From Nitrososphaerales archaeon (lineage in GTDB: Archaea > Thermoproteota > Nitrososphaeria > Nitrososphaerales > Gagatemarchaeaceae), in the NCBI GenBank assembly GCA_035622475.1, contig DASPVF010000045.1, positions 1,898-65,897 of the forward strand: 64,000 bases of DNA, read 5' to 3'. The notes beneath the pieces were generated by a model. It saw only the letters and a list, made by a program, of their open reading frames with translations. It was not told the origin of the DNA and did not search any database. Numbering within the stretch: position 1 is the stretch's first letter; every line of letters begins with the position of its first letter. Below are positions 61,994 to 64,000 of the stretch, in pieces. Position numbers and translations under genes: made by a program.

Positions 61994-64000
61994 TTGCCAA
62001 TGGTTGAGTGACTGCAGGATCTTCTCAGCTGTGATTGGCGAGGAGCACACCCTTACCCCAACCGCGTTGTCCACTGCATTTGCTATGGCTGGGGCAACGC
62101 CCACTATCGGGGGCTCGCCTATCGACCGCGTTCCAAGCGGGGTCGCGGTGCTCGGGTTCTCCACAACCACGACCTCGATAGGAGGCACCTCGACAGAGGT
62201 CGGCACGAGGAGGTCTGCGAGGGTCGACGTCAAGACCCGGTTCTCCCGGGCTATCAGTTCCTCGTTCAGGCCAAATCCTATCCCCTGGGTGACACCGCCT
62301 TCTATCTGCGAAATCACGGAGTTACGATTTATCGCGGTTCCCACGTCAAAAGCTGCCACGACCCGGTCCAGGTGGACGCCCCCTGTCTCTACGTTGACAT
62401 CTAGCTCGACCCCCACTGCCCCGTAGGTGTACTGGAGGTAGGGGGTCCCGTACCCCTTCTCGGGATCAAAGTCAAGGGAGGGCAAGACGAATTCGGCAGT
62501 TTCAGAGATCTCCGCGTCCATCTCGTTCGTGACAAACTCAACCAGCTCGGCTTCCGACCTTGCCGGGAGACCACGGTCCGCGGCCATGCTTTGGATGCGC
62601 TGCCTAAGCTTCGTGGCGGCAAGCTTGACTGCGTTGCCTCCCATGAGCGTTGCTCGGGACGCAAAAGTGCCACCGGAATCGGGGACGCGGTCAGTTTCGA
62701 TTCTTTCCGTCGTCACTCGTTCAGGAGACACACCCAGAAACTTGGCTGCGATTCTTGCCAGGCCGGCGGAGGACCATGTTCCGTATTCGGTCAAGCCGAC
62801 CCTAACGGCGAAAGTCCCATCCGTTTGGGCAACAACTACCGCCCTCGATTTGTCTTCACCCTCGGGTCCCAAGCTGTTTCCATGGTACACCAGTGCAAAG
62901 CCGCGGCCCCTCTTCACCCGTCCTTGGGGTGTACGTTGCTTTGGGTTTAGCTTGAATCTGTCGGCAACTTTCAGTAGGCATTCTTCAAGGCTCACCGGTC
63001 CATCCAGCACCTGGCCCGTGGCTGTGGTTGACCCCGATCTGAGAACGTTCTTCAGTCGCAGGTCGATCGGATCTACCCCGAGCTTTTCTGCGAGCAGGTC
63101 GATATGGGACTCGGCAGCGAAGTGCACCTGGGGATTCCCGAACCCCCGAAACGAGCCTGCGGTCAGGTTGTTTGTGTAAACGAGATAGCCGTCGACCTTG
63201 ACGTTGGGAAACTGGTAGGGTCCAGTAGCATGGACCAGGGCCCTCGAAAGGACGAGCGGACCGGACGAAGCGTAGGCGCCCGCGTCTAGATAGAAGGTGA
63301 CCTCGGCTGCCTTCAGAAGACCCTCCTTGGTCGCGCCGAGTTTCCACTTCACAAGAGATGCGTGCCTCCTAGAATGTGCCAGGATGGACTCATCCCGTCT
63401 GTAGACGCATGCCGCAGTTTTGCTCGTCTTCAAGGCTGCGAGGGCAGCCATGGAGCAGACGTCGCAAGGTGCCTCGTCGGATTTCCCGCCGAAGGTGCCC
63501 CCAATGGCGGGCACAACCAAGTCAATCCGGTCAGATGACAGGCCAAGGATCCTGCTGACTCCGTCTCTCACGTAGAATGGGTTCTGGATGCTTCCCGTAA
63601 TCACGATGCGCCCATCGGGATGGGGAACTGCGAACGCGCACTCGGTCTCCATGGGTGCGGGATCTTGGGTGGGCGTCGTGTACGACTGTTCGATGACGAC
63701 GTCAGATTCCCTGAACCCCTTCTGGACGTCGCCTTTCCTTACCTTGTAGTGGCGCAGCACGTTCCCCTTTTCGGACAGCTTGGGCGCGCCCGGCTTGATG
63801 GCCTCGAGAATGCTCGTGACGGCGGGAAGAGGCTCATAATCGACTTCGACCGCTTCGGCCCCCCTCTCCGCTGCGGCCTCGTCAACCCCCACGACAAGCG
63901 CCAGTGGGTCTTGCAAGCAGCGGACTTCGCCCAAGGCAAGGAAGGGCCTGTCTGGTATTATCGTGGAGGATATGTTCTGACCCGGAATGTCTTTGGCAGT
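61988..64000 (-). CDS. molybdenum hydroxylase molybdopterin-binding large subunit (xanthine dehydrogenase family), 5' end outside window
   Basis: GSFRGFGNPQ and RSIGEPPIVG (catalytic Glu context). The frame stays open to base 64000 (TAKDIPGQN...), so the M at 63934 is an internal Leu codon. The motif is not the CODH type (no AYRCSFR). Confidence 0.9.
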   Translation of the reverse strand, partial: TAKDIPGQNISSTIIPDRPFLALGEVRCLQDPLALVVGVDEAAAERGAEAVEVDYEPLPAVTSILEAIKPGAPKLSEKGNVLRHYKVRKGDVQKGFRESDVVIEQSYTTPTQDPAPMETECAFAVPHPDGRIVITGSIQNPFYVRDGVSRILGLSSDRIDLVVPAIGGTFGGKSDEAPCDVCSMAALAALKTSKTAACVYRRDESILAHSRRHASLVKWKLGATKEGLLKAAEVTFYLDAGAYASSGPLVLSRALVHATGPYQFPNVKVDGYLVYTNNLTAGSFRGFGNPQVHFAAESHIDLLAEKLGVDPIDLRLKNVLRSGSTTATGQVLDGPVSLEECLLKVADRFKLNPKQRTPQGRVKRGRGFALVYHGNSLGPEGEDKSRAVVVAQTDGTFAVRVGLTEYGTWSSAGLARIAAKFLGVSPERVTTERIETDRVPDSGGTFASRATLMGGNAVKLAATKLRQRIQSMAADRGLPARSEAELVEFVTNEMDAEISETAEFVLPSLDFDPEKGYGTPYLQYTYGAVGVELDVNVETGGVHLDRVVAAFDVGTAINRNSVISQIEGGVTQGIGFGLNEELIARENRVLTSTLADLLVPTSVEVPPIEVVVVENPSTATPLGTRSIGEPPIVGVAPAIANAVDNAVGVRVCSSPITAEKILQSLNHWQS

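Noticed and set aside
1-64000. Search by eye for CRISPR repeats, tRNA T-loops (GGTTCGAATCC-like), rRNA, and IS/transposase or integrase genes
   Set aside because: None was found. The only GTTCGAAT match (about 27782) is inside a coding region. A covariance-model scan would be needed to exclude small RNAs rigorously.

Overview
This is a gene-dense, moderately GC-rich chromosomal segment that reads as archaeal. The lineage cannot be assigned without a database search. The archaeal reading rests on four things: TATA-like boxes 24-39 nt upstream of many start codons, which suggests leaderless mRNAs; membrane-anchored solute-binding proteins with Thr/Ser-rich linkers; a class IA (DhnA-type) aldolase and a small SET-domain protein; and several F420-type flavoenzyme folds. 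I support about 63 protein-coding genes. By eye I found no rRNA, tRNA, CRISPR array, integrase or transposase. Three separate Opp/Dpp-type ABC importers dominate the content: 1-3194 (partial), 15168-21119 and 44956-52704. They are interleaved with catabolic modules. These are a (hydroxy)proline-type module (3282-6704), a GH4 glycosidase locus (12348-15204), an aldolase/Zn-ADH/FGGY-kinase triad (52960-56254), and an amidohydrolase + LLM oxidoreductase + three-subunit molybdenum hydroxylase cluster (57960-64000, truncated at the window edge). I cannot prove a single new system from sequence alone. The strongest candidates for follow-up are: (1) the third ABC operon, which has a solute-binding protein with two PKD-like domains, large insertions in both ATPases, and a translationally coupled M61 peptidase; (2) two genes directly downstream of ABC ATPase genes whose conserved N-termini are encoded upstream of any ATG/GTG/TTG; (3) a UDP-glucose-dehydrogenase-family protein that lacks the canonical catalytic Cys; (4) an orphan ParB-like protein fused to an NTF2-like domain; (5) a tandem-duplicated nucleoside-2-deoxyribosyltransferase-like protein; and (6) a clean TetR operator/TATA arrangement. 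All functional calls rest on motifs recognised by eye. No database search was run.
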